Shown here: positions 39,170-48,875 of the stretch, in pieces
Layout of the letters: every line of letters begins with the position of its first letter
Position numbering within the stretch: the first letter of the stretch is position 1
Assembly: GCA_016906335.1 (NCBI GenBank)
Contig: JADEYG010000001.1
Coordinates: forward strand, 1,240,001 to 1,304,000
Origin: Novakomyces olei
Lineage: Eukaryota
Reading direction: 5' to 3'
DNA length: 64,000 bases
The notes under the pieces: generated by a model
Database searches by the model: none
Told to the model about the DNA's origin: nothing
Seen by the model: only the letters and a program-made list of their open reading frames with translations
Position numbers and translations under genes: made by a program

Positions 39170-39345
39170 GCAATCAGTTCTTAATTGAGCCCCAAATGTT
39201 TCTTGATCTGAGCAATTAGAATAGCGGAAAACAACGTCAAGCATAACGCAATGTGGGCTCTTTTGCGCCCAAAAAGCGACAGAGCCCGCGTCTACCGCAC
39301 TGTCATTGCCCTTTGATTGGTACAAGGATCAAATGGGTTTGCTTT
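39170..39345 (-). ncRNA. Candidate structured ncRNA, box C/D-like, family unassigned
   Basis: Terminal stem GCAAT/ATTGC flanking ATGACA and CTGA; three hairpins, with G-U pairs favouring the minus strand; no ORF. Confidence 0.4.
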
Positions 39346-39503
39346 TTTGTTAATATAGCGTCGGGTTAAGCCCTAATCACGTGACCAACATTTTCAAGTC
39401 ACGTGCGCAACATGATAATGGGTGTCACGTGACTGTTCTGTGGAGCGAGCCTAGCGTATTACGTAAGGCAAGAAATTCAACACCATAATATAATGGGGCG
39501 CTG

Positions 39504-41073
39504 ATGACGTATGGTTTATATGCAAAAGCGCGTCGTATCTAACCGTTGCAAAGCCCTAAATTGTCCACAGAAAGAATGGAAAGTGACCGCAACGATACGC
39601 TGGCGGCTATCGACAAATTAGCGCTGTCAGTTATCGACAGTCTGACTACGCAGCTGGAATCTTTTCGCAAGTTTCATAATATATCAGTCTCTGTGCCTTT
39701 GCGCGGCGATACCTCAACCGTGTAGGTACATTATTTTTCGCGCTTTGTTCACGATCAGAGTTGACGCCGGGACGGGCGTGATTGTACGCCGTAAAAGAAG
39801 CTTTACTGAATCTGAATTTACTGCGGCGCGGGCGTATAATGCATTTACAAGATCTCGATCACGGCCGAACATGTTTGGCCGGTACTTTTCTGTACTTGAC
39901 AGTGTTCATCGTGCAATTATTGAGGGCAAAATCCTATCGAAACGGTTATTTATAAAAAAAAAACAAAAAAAGAGAGACTGTCTAATGTTTTAGAGACATT
40001 TATTACCAGGATACTCGCTACTTTGTCACACAAAGTCGTGTTGATGGGTTGCTTGAAGGCCTTTGCTGCGGACTAGGAATGAGACTGAGTTTGCTTAATG
40101 TGGTACGGTCTTCAAAAAGTCTGATTTCGATTTGATACTGCTTTTGGTTTGCTTTTCAAGTAGCTTTTGTCTGCTATTAAATGCACTTCAATATGCTTTG
40201 CTGTGAAGCTGCTTCTAGTATTGCTCTTTTTGCCTCCCACTCGTCTTGCTTGGCTTTGCTCTTTTGTTTCAAATTGACTATATTGCAGGTTCCTAGTGTA
40301 AGAGGGATCGCAATTGGCGCGTGCACGGTGATGCTCAAGTCGGGGCGTGTTATTAATTACGAAATTGACGTGAGTTCCGCTCATTAAAGGCGGTAAACGC
40401 ATTCTGCAGTAGATACTAATGCAAAAGTCACAAGCTCTTCCCTTTGTCGACGACATTGAAAGTGTGGATTTTGTGGCTGACTATGTCTTGATTGTGGAAA
40501 AAGAAGCCTCGTATCAGGACATTGTAAGCGCAAAATTATACGAATCCGGCCGCAACGGACGTGGTTTTGTTTTGACTGTAGCGTTTATCTCGGCCAAAAT
40601 TCCTGCTAATCGCGCTGTAGGCCAAAGGCTACCCTGATGTAAATACGCGTCGTTTTCTCCATGTATTAGAGCAACTGCTTCGTTCTTCGCAAAAGGTCTA
40701 TATCCGGTCTACGCCGATCTATGCAGTGGTAGACTTCAATCCGCACGGTATAAAAATCCTGCACACGTACCAATATGGATCGGTAGCAATGGCCCACGAG
40801 AATTTACAGATGGCCGTGCCCAGTACCAAATGGCTTGGCCCTTTCTTTGAAGACGTGTGCAGTACACGCACGGTAGTACAACTGAGCCAGCGCGACAGAG
40901 CTCTGGCAACGAGTCTATTAAACACGACGCTTTGTGTAGCAAATAGCAAGCTAGCGGAGCAGCTTCGTCGTATGCTGCTTGCCAATTACAAGGCTGAAAT
41001 GCAGTCGCTTGGCGAGAATGGCAATTTTACTGCTTGGCTGGAAAATCGTATTGCCTCTAGCGGAGGCCGATAA
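39504..41073 (+). CDS. SPO11: Meiotic DSB transesterase Spo11/Rec12; about 7 exons including a 5-nt coding first exon
   Basis: SKRDIYYQD (catalytic Tyr), VLIVEKEA, AKGYPD..TRRFL, VDFNPHGIKI, KAEMQ. Confidence 0.93.
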
Positions 41074-41118
41074 GATAGACAACAAATCGCAAAGACAACG
41101 CCGAGTAGTAATTACTAT

Positions 41119-41543
41119 TTAATCCATTAGCGATAACTCTTCAATCTGGCGTCGACCACGATCGACTGATTGGCGAGTAGTCTTCTCAGCGACACCGTTT
41201 TGATCTCCTTTTAATTCTAATCCGGGCGCGACCATTCTACGTGCAGGCGTCAACTAGATAGACACATTAGCATTGTAATTTTGTACACGACGCTTACCCT
41301 GGCGCCTCTCCAGCCAAATTGGAAAGCGACCTCGTGTGCAAATATCTCTCCAAAGCCCAGCATGACGCCATTAACAAAAGGCAGACACATGTTTATGAGG
41401 ACAGAGCGCAGTAAAGATAGCAGCGTTGGCGGCTGGTAGATATAGAGCGGACGACTCGACGCGGCCGCCGAGTTGTCTGAGGACGAAGAGGCTGACGTCA
41501 GTTCATCGCCGTTTGACCGCGACATTTCTGCGCGCGCTTCCAT
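41119..41543 (-). CDS. MIM1: Mitochondrial outer-membrane insertase Mim1/Tom13; one intron
   Basis: INMCLPFVNGVMLGFGEIFAHE. Confidence 0.93.
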
Positions 41544-41730
41544 AATACAAAGGCGTACAAGTGTGGAGCACGATGGATCAGTGCCGTAGCTTCGTCATAT
41601 GTTTTACAACGCCTATATTAAATGTGCTTGTATGTATTAAATGTCCATATATGTAATGTCCTTATTTTACTGCTCACTCTTGTCCTACGATGATGTCCTA
41701 CTTATGATCTGTCGAATTTTTATATTTAGA

Positions 41731-42290
41731 TTCTATTAGAGTGAAACCTGACTTATATTAGGATTAGGGTTTGCTAGGGTTTGCTAATGCTAGTTTGTAA
41801 ACCTGGATAGTTGATGCAAGAATACGCATGTATATAGCCTATGTTGGAAATAATCAAAATAATACTGAGGATTGATCTACGTTTAGTGATTTAGATAAAA
41901 ACTATAAAGTACAGGTTAGCACCCAGATTCAGATCCAGGTGACATTCAAGCTAACTCACTGGCTTTTAAAACTCAACCTTCCAACAGCCTATATAGCCTA
42001 CCTAAAGATACCATCCGTCTTCACAAATTCTGAGTCAATGGGCATTATTTACACATTTAAAACTATAAAGTACTCGTTGAAATATGAATGTATTATCATC
42101 GGATAGGACTATTTTTTTCAATTATCCCTCAATGTCACCTTTGGCGTATTCTATTTCTTATTTAGACGTATCTACCGAGCGTGTCTGCTCTTGACTAGGT
42201 TTTACTGATCTCTGAAAACGCGTATCCATTTACAGCAAAGTGAACCCTTTAGTCTTTGGGGGTTCAGCTGAAGCTTTTGTGAGTGTCTGT
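41731..42290 (+). mobile_element. Longest copy of a degenerate dispersed repeat (A plus B segments)
   Basis: 5' part matches 30928-31086 and 3' part matches 44470-44660; no ORF, no terminal repeats seen. Confidence 0.5.
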
Positions 42291-42702
42291 CTAATTCAAA
42301 TATTCAGCAGACACACGAACAATTTCATTCAAATTTATACTAAAAGCCATAGTTTTGGTTTTACTCCAAAAGCCATAAACTTACTTTATACTAAAAAGCC
42401 ATAGTTTTATTCACCAAAAAAAAAAAAGAAATATATATATATATTCAGATAGAATATCTATATATTCATATAGAATATATTGCCACAAGTAATCCAACTT
42501 ACGGGACGTTGCGAGCCGGCGGAAGGAGCCTGCACGTATATTATATTGTATGGCCGACTGGTCAAAAATACAAATCACCCTCACACACACACCGCCTTCC
42601 AACACTCTACACGGCCGGGCAGGTGCAACAGGCCTTTACTCGCACAGGTCTCGTGTCAAACGCACCCTTATCTGCACTGTGTCTTGTGTATAATCTTCCG
42701 CC

Positions 42703-44137
42703 ATGCTACATAGAAACATTGCGCGCGCAATGGGCCAGCAGGTCCGGGTAAGCCGGCATTGCAGTATTTTATCATTTACATTGCCGTGCCGCGTTGGCAC
42801 TATTAAATATGGGAAAATAGGTTCTCTAACTGCTTTGTATAGTACGCTTCCGCTTTCCAGCCGCTGCGCTACGGCAGCAAGTACACCGTGACACTGATGC
42901 CCGGAGACGGTATCGGCGCCGAGACCTCCGAGTCTGTCCGCCAAGTTTTCAAGGCTGAAAATGTGCCCGTTGAATGGGAACAGATTGATGTTTCTGGGCT
43001 CGTTAAGCCCGAGGGCGAAAAGACTTCAGAGGCTACTCTGCAGCAGGCCGTTGACTCTGTAAAGCGCACCAAAGTCGGGCTGAAGGGTATGGCTCACTGT
43101 ATATACTCTCCAGCGCTCTAACGAATTACAGGTATTTTCTACACGCCGGTAGAGCGCGGTGGCCATGCCAGTTTCAACGTAGCCCTGCGCCAGGAATTGG
43201 ACTGCTACGCGTCGCTTGTTCTCATTAAAAACGTGCCGGGTTACCCGACGCGTCACAAGGACGTTGATTTTGCCATTATCCGTGAAAATACGGAAGGCGA
43301 GTACTCTGGACTCGAGCACCAGTCTGTCGATGGCGTGGGTAAGTCTGATCTTGAGTTTATTTTTTTTTATTTTTTATTTTTTTTTATTTATTTTTTTTTT
43401 TGGTAGTTTTCCTCTGTTTTATACTTGTTTTCTTCTTGGTTTATACTTATTCTCTTGCACTTGTCCGATCAAGGTGAATCTTGATCACGGTACAATGAAA
43501 AGCTATTATTTCAAGCAGTCTCTAATCCTCAGTCGAGAGCTTAAAGATCATTACACGGGCAAAGTCTGAACGGATCTGCCGCTTTGCATTTGACTTTGCG
43601 CTCAAGAACGACCGCAAGCTGGTCACCTGTGTGCACAAGGCCAATATTATGAAACTCGGTGACGGTCTTTTCCGCAACACTTTCCACCGTGTAGCCAAGG
43701 ACTATCCTTCGCTGCAGTTCAACGATCTTATCGTCGACAATGCCAGCATGCAGGCTGTTCAGCGGCCGCAGCAGTTTGACGTTCTGGTTATGCCCAACCT
43801 GTACGGCTCTATTCTGTCTAACGTGGGCGCTGCTCTTGTCGGTGGACCTGGCCTTGTTCCCGGTTGCAATATCGGTGCAGAGCACGCTCTGTTTGAACCG
43901 GGCTGCCGCCACGTCGGCCTGGATATCTCTGGCAAGAACCAGGCTAACCCAACTGCTATGTTACTTAGCAGCGTAATGATGCTGCGTCATTTGGGGCTGG
44001 ATGCGCATGCTGACCGTATCTCTAGCGCCGTTTACGGAGTGCTCGCTGAGGGTAAAGTGCGTACGCGCGACATGAAGGGCACTGCCAGCACTGTCGACTT
44101 TACACGCGCCGTGCTGGACAAGCTGGAGAAAGCGTAG
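42703..44137 (+). CDS. IDH1: NAD-dependent isocitrate dehydrogenase subunit 1 (regulatory), mitochondrial; 3 introns
   Basis: YGSKYTVTLMPGDGIG, IRENTEGEYSGLEH, HKANIMKLGDGLF, FEPGCRHVGLDI. Confidence 0.96.
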
Positions 44138-44469
44138 TCGCTTGTTAGTACTGCTGCTCACACGAAAAGAATAAAGAATTATTTTTTAGACACTAATAGA
44201 CGCTTCACGTAGTATACTGCAAGGCCAATGTTGGCGTATGCGTAGATTTTGGATTCGCAGCGCTTGTTACCGCCCAATTTGGTAGCGAGATTTGTCGTGT
44301 TTGTATCCCGCGAGTGTACTAAACTGTCCATTTTAAAAGTGCCCTTGTTGATTTAATATTATTGCTGCGCGTTATATTACGCTGGCCTTTACCAATAATA
44401 TAAGCAGTGCGTATACGTCTACGAGTCGAGTTCGATAGATTAAAATTATATCTCGAAATGGTTGTAATA

Positions 44470-44660
44470 TTTAAATATGAATCTATAATTCCCCCATACC
44501 ACTTTCGTGTATCCTTTCCAAATGCAGATACATCTAAAATGTGTGTCAGTTGTTTGACTTTAGTTTCCCAGATCTCACTCTAAAATACTTAGTCATATAT
44601 ATACAGCCCAAGCGAACTCCAAACCCTCCGGGGGATTCAGCTGAAGCTATTGTTCGTAGC
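44470..44660 (+). mobile_element. Degenerate dispersed repeat fragment (copy B2)
   Basis: Matches 42078-42290, e.g. gggg(a)ttcagctgaagct(a/t)ttgt, aaatatgaat, gtgtc.g....ttgact. Confidence 0.5.
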
Positions 44661-44837
44661 TAATATAATCATTCTACCTCAAAGAACTTTTTGTTCAAAT
44701 ATAAAATCTAGCATATAAATATGGCTATAGTAATTGTAATAGAAATATATGATATAGCTATGACAAAATATAATAATATATGATAATTTATAATAATTTA
44801 TAATTCATAATAATTTATAATAATTTATAGTTTATAC

Positions 44838-44931
44838 TAATTTAATAGGCTAGAATATAGTAATTGCACTGCAGTCATATGAATATTGTAATTGCACTAC
44901 AGTCATATGGGTTCAAATCCCATTATTTCCA
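44838..44931 (+). pseudogene. Mitochondrial-type tRNA-Ala(UGC) remnant with 28-bp internal duplication (probable NUMT)
   Basis: Anticodon arm TTGTA-ATTGCAC-TACAG, T-arm ATGGG-TTCAAAT-CCCAT, 3' acceptor strand TATTTCC-A (U70, A73); 5' acceptor strand absent. Confidence 0.65.
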
Positions 44932-45045
44932 TATTAAACAATATGAATTTTATTTCTGACAGTTAATTGCTACTACAAATATAATAGCCTGATTAGCTCG
45001 TGTCGCAGTGTGATATTAAGATGTTGGTATAGCCATTATTGGGCA

Positions 45046-45046
<1 letters not shown>

Positions 45047-45080
<34 letters not shown>
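45047..45080. repeat. (AAT)n microsatellite, about 11 units
   Basis: Direct inspection. Confidence 0.95.
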
Positions 45081-45314
45081 GTCAGTGGTTGACTGTAATA
45101 ATCACGCACTCTGCTATTAATCTAGAGGTGGTCTGAAAGCTGTAGATTTACAGTAGAACAAGTTAACAATTCTACGGAACCTATGGGACATGGCTTTGTA
45201 TTTATAGTAAACCTAAGGACAAGGTACACTCTTTGTTTAAAAGACTTCTCCTTGTAAAGGTGGGCACCTTTACCTAATTAGGCAGCAGGGGATAAAGTTA
45301 TCTTTGGAGATAAC

Positions 45315-45492
<178 letters not shown>

Positions 45493-45531
45493 GAACTGCC
45501 TCGTGCCAGCATTGCGTAATCGCTGCCAGAC

Positions 45532-46470
45532 ATGAAGCTGTGGGAGCTCAAACAGTTTGTGCTGGATATTCTGGCAACGCCGCCCGATGACTGCGCAGTA
45601 GTGCCAATGCCCGGTAAAGTTGTGCTAATCACAGGCGGCACGGGCGGTGTGGGACTGGAGACGGCTCGCAAGCTGGCACGGTGTCGGCCGGCCAAGATCA
45701 TAATAACGAGCCGCTCCAAGGCCAAAGCGGATTCCGCCTTGGCATCGCTACGGGCCTCGAGCGACTATGAGGGATTCAGCTCTGAGATTATGGAGCTCGA
45801 GTCCCTGCAAAGCGTACGCGACATGTGCGAACGTGTTCTGGAGCAGGAGTCGCGTCTCGACGTGCTCGTGCTCAATGCCGGTGTAGGCTATGACGATCCG
45901 CGGCAATTGACACGTGACGGGTTCCAGCATATGTTCCAGACAAACGTGCTGGGCCACCATCTCGTGGTGCGGCTCTTGTCGCCGCTGCTGGAGAAGGCAG
46001 GCGACAAGCCAGCTCGTGTCGTCTTTGTCTCCAGCTTGGGCCATTTCCTCTGCCCACAGTGGAGCACAGACACAATGGCGCTGCCGGCGGACAGTGCGGG
46101 AGCAAAGTATGCGGAAACAAAACTGCTCAATATCCTGCAGGCCAAGGGCTTTGCCCAGGAATGGTCGGCCGCTGGTATTATGACGTATGCCGTCCATCCG
46201 GGCGTAGTGCTCTCTGGATTTTACGCCCGGTTCAGTCTGCTCATGTGGCTGCTTTCTTGGCCTTTTATTCGCGTGCTGAGTATCGACTCGGCACACGGAG
46301 CCGTTTCGCCAGCATTTCTCGCCAGCGATACAAGCGTGGAGCACGTGACGCCAGGCCAGTTTTGGAGTAGGTGCCAGCCTATGCCGTGCTCGGCTCTGGC
46401 AAACGATACACAGGCCGCCACCAGCCTTATCGCCGCCTGCGATAAGATGGTGGGACCTTTTTTGTTGTAG
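45532..46470 (+). CDS. Short-chain dehydrogenase/reductase (retinol dehydrogenase/WWOX-like)
   Basis: TGGTGGVG, LDVLVLNAG, FQTNVLGH, VFVSS, YAETK, VHPG. Confidence 0.93.
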   Translation: MKLWELKQFVLDILATPPDDCAVVPMPGKVVLITGGTGGVGLETARKLARCRPAKIIITSRSKAKADSALASLRASSDYEGFSSEIMELESLQSVRDMCERVLEQESRLDVLVLNAGVGYDDPRQLTRDGFQHMFQTNVLGHHLVVRLLSPLLEKAGDKPARVVFVSSLGHFLCPQWSTDTMALPADSAGAKYAETKLLNILQAKGFAQEWSAAGIMTYAVHPGVVLSGFYARFSLLMWLLSWPFIRVLSIDSAHGAVSPAFLASDTSVEHVTPGQFWSRCQPMPCSALANDTQAATSLIAACDKMVGPFLL

Positions 46471-46801
46471 ACTGCGATTGGCACAGCCGCAAGAGTGGCA
46501 GAGCTGGTGGCTTTTGTTTTCTGTTTTATACACTGCTTTAACGTCTTGTACTTGCATCTGATACTGTCGTCGAGCAGACTGGGGTTATATATATAAATTA
46601 TGTATATATACGTTTGTATGTATGTATGTACCAGTTGCGAATGAATCATTACTCTACATTGTGCATTATCCATTATCTACTTTGCGTCCACTCCATCTTT
46701 ATTCTACTCTATCACTGTCCTACTTTGCTGTCCACTCTACATTATCCTACTTTTGCTGTGCATTCTCCTACTTTGCTGTCACTCTACACTATCCACTTTA
46801 C

Positions 46802-46872
46802 TGTTCAAGCATGTTCAAGCATGTTCAAGCATGTTCAAGCATGTTCAAGCATGTTCAAGCATGTTCAAGCAT
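46802..46872. repeat. Perfect 10-bp tandem repeat (TGTTCAAGCA)x7 overlapping a stop codon
   Basis: Direct inspection. Confidence 0.97.
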
Positions 46873-47731
46873 ACTCCTGGCCGAGTTTAACAAACGCATT
46901 TGCCGCGTTCTCCTGCAGCTGAGGACTGATTACGTCCTTGCCGGCAAGGTACCCGAGCAGTAATCCACGTGTTGCCGACTCGGATCCCTGGTAGTACCCA
47001 ATTTCGGTGCCCTCACTAAAGAAACGGAGAGCGCCTCCTGTTTCCGACTTCACAATTAGATCTTGGCCCTTTGCCACTTTACGGCGGGCAGGAAAGCACG
47101 CCTTGAAGCGCACCAGTTCCTCGTCCGTCAGCGCATCGCGCCCAGACCGGCCATGGATAGCGCGTATAAACCCGTCGCGTAAATGGCCCATATCCGTGTT
47201 GCGTACGGGGACAATGCGCACAGTAAAATGTACACCACTCAGGACGAGAGCGTCCACGATCGTCTCTCCCTGCTCCGGATCACGCAGCCTCTCTGCCAAA
47301 TCTGCCGTGCCTCCTCTCGCTGTGCTCTGCAGTACAGACTGCAGCTGCGGCAATTGGCGCTCCGGCACGTACAGCCCGGCCACGTAGACCTGCAGAGCCA
47401 GAAAAGTGACCACCCTCTTTCCCATCCCCACGAGCGTGTAGGGGCCACTGCCATCGGGTAAGACTAGCGATTCCGGGAAAGGCGGCGATCCGTCTGCCAA
47501 AGTTGCCGTGGGGCTGCCGGGCTGCCTCACCTGGGCATCGCACTTTATCGACTCTTGTTCCTTATACGCTGCTGCTACTGCTAAACCGACGGCTATACCG
47601 GCAACGACTGAGCGCGTAGTTTGTGCTTTAGACGCCGGTCCGGGTACCGTGTACGACCGAGCAAAGGCTCTCATTGGACCGGAACATTGGCAGACGCGGC
47701 ACCGACGAGCGGACGCTGATAAGAGCCGCAT
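46865..47731 (-). CDS. Mitochondrial chalcone-isomerase-fold protein (Aim18/Aim46-like)
   Basis: Presequence; YTLVGMGKRVVTFLALQVYVAGLYV; VRIVPVRNTDMGHLRDGFIR. Confidence 0.88.
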   Translation of the reverse strand: MRLLSASARRCRVCQCSGPMRAFARSYTVPGPASKAQTTRSVVAGIAVGLAVAAAYKEQESIKCDAQVRQPGSPTATLADGSPPFPESLVLPDGSGPYTLVGMGKRVVTFLALQVYVAGLYVPERQLPQLQSVLQSTARGGTADLAERLRDPEQGETIVDALVLSGVHFTVRIVPVRNTDMGHLRDGFIRAIHGRSGRDALTDEELVRFKACFPARRKVAKGQDLIVKSETGGALRFFSEGTEIGYYQGSESATRGLLLGYLAGKDVISPQLQENAANAFVKLGQEYA

Positions 47732-47776
47732 GTCGTTTGGCTCAAACGGCAAAGGCACTATTATATTGCTATTGTA

Positions 47777-48090
47777 ATTATTTATTATTTATTATTTATT
47801 ATTTATTATTTATTATTTATTATTTATTATTTATTATTTATTATTTATTATTTATTATTTATTATTTATTATTTATTATTTATTATTTATTATTTATTAT
47901 TTATTATTTATTATTTATTATTTATTATTTATTATTTATTATTTATTATTTATTATTTATTATTTATTATTATTATTTATTATTTATTATTTATTATTTA
48001 TTATTTATTATTTATTATTTATTATTTATTATTTATTATTTATTATTTATTATTTATTATTATCATTATTATCATTATTATCATTATTAT
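47777..48090. repeat. (ATTTATT)n heptamer satellite grading into (CATTATTAT)n
   Basis: Direct inspection. Confidence 0.97.
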
Positions 48091-48597
48091 GGTTATTATA
48101 ATCATAAATGTCACCAGTAAGATTACATATAGATTACCCGCCTCAGTGTCGGCAGGATGTTTTACTTTTACCAATCTATCTGCCTGCGAGATATAACGTG
48201 TTTTTCATGCGTGGAACAAACGCACTAATCGATGCTGGCAAGGTTCCTTCCCCGTTTATATTATTACTATTTTCCTATTCGCCAATCATTTTGCTCGAGT
48301 GGGGAAGGTTTGACTCACACAGAGGAAAGACGTACCACAAATCTGAGGCGCGCGCGCGAGTGAGCAGGTGACACGCGCGCCGCCTTCTTTATTTACACGT
48401 TACATAACACGAGTCCGATTCGGCGCACAGCCGCCTTGCAGCGTGCAACTGTTTGGCAAGTGCAGTTTCTGCACAGCTCTCTGCAATCTTTTTCGCCTGC
48501 AATTGTCGGCGACAGTCAGCGCGTCCTTGTTGCACGACCGTACAGCGTAGCACTGTGCCACTGTGCCACTTTGCCATTTTGCCTTTGATCTGGTTTG

Positions 48598-48654
48598 ATC
48601 TGCTTTTATCTGCTTTTATCTGCTTTTATCTGCTTTTATCTGCTTTTATCTGCC
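48598..48654. repeat. 10-bp tandem repeat (ATCTGCTTTT) x5-6
   Basis: Direct inspection. Confidence 0.92.
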
Positions 48655-48840
48655 TTTGATCTGCCTCTCATATTTTGCGCAGACATACTGTCCACTGTGT
48701 GTAACCTTCGCCACGTCTGTCTCTGGTTCGGCGGACGCTTGTTTCGCATTAAGGGCGCAGTCGCGACCCTGACACGACGGCGGTCAGCGGCCGGCCGAAG
48801 ACGGTTAAAGACGCAGGCGCAGAGCAGTTACAAAATAATA

Positions 48841-48854
48841 AACCCTAACCCTAA
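48841..48854. promoter_or_regulatory. Telobox just upstream of the C2H2 TF start
   Basis: AACCCTAACCCTAA. Confidence 0.5.
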
Positions 48855-48875
48855 ATTGTGGATGTATCCGAGAGC

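Noticed and set aside
39181-39200. ACATTTGGGGCTCAAT on the minus strand resembles RNase MRP CR-V
   Set aside because: No GAAAGTCCCC-type CR-I was found at a suitable distance; kept only as an unassigned ncRNA candidate.
39504-39510. M26/CRE heptamer ATGACGT at spo11
   Set aside because: It is explained by the start codon plus a splice donor.
45748-46557. 269-aa antisense ORF
   Set aside because: It is a shadow of the GC-rich SDR gene with no recognisable motif.
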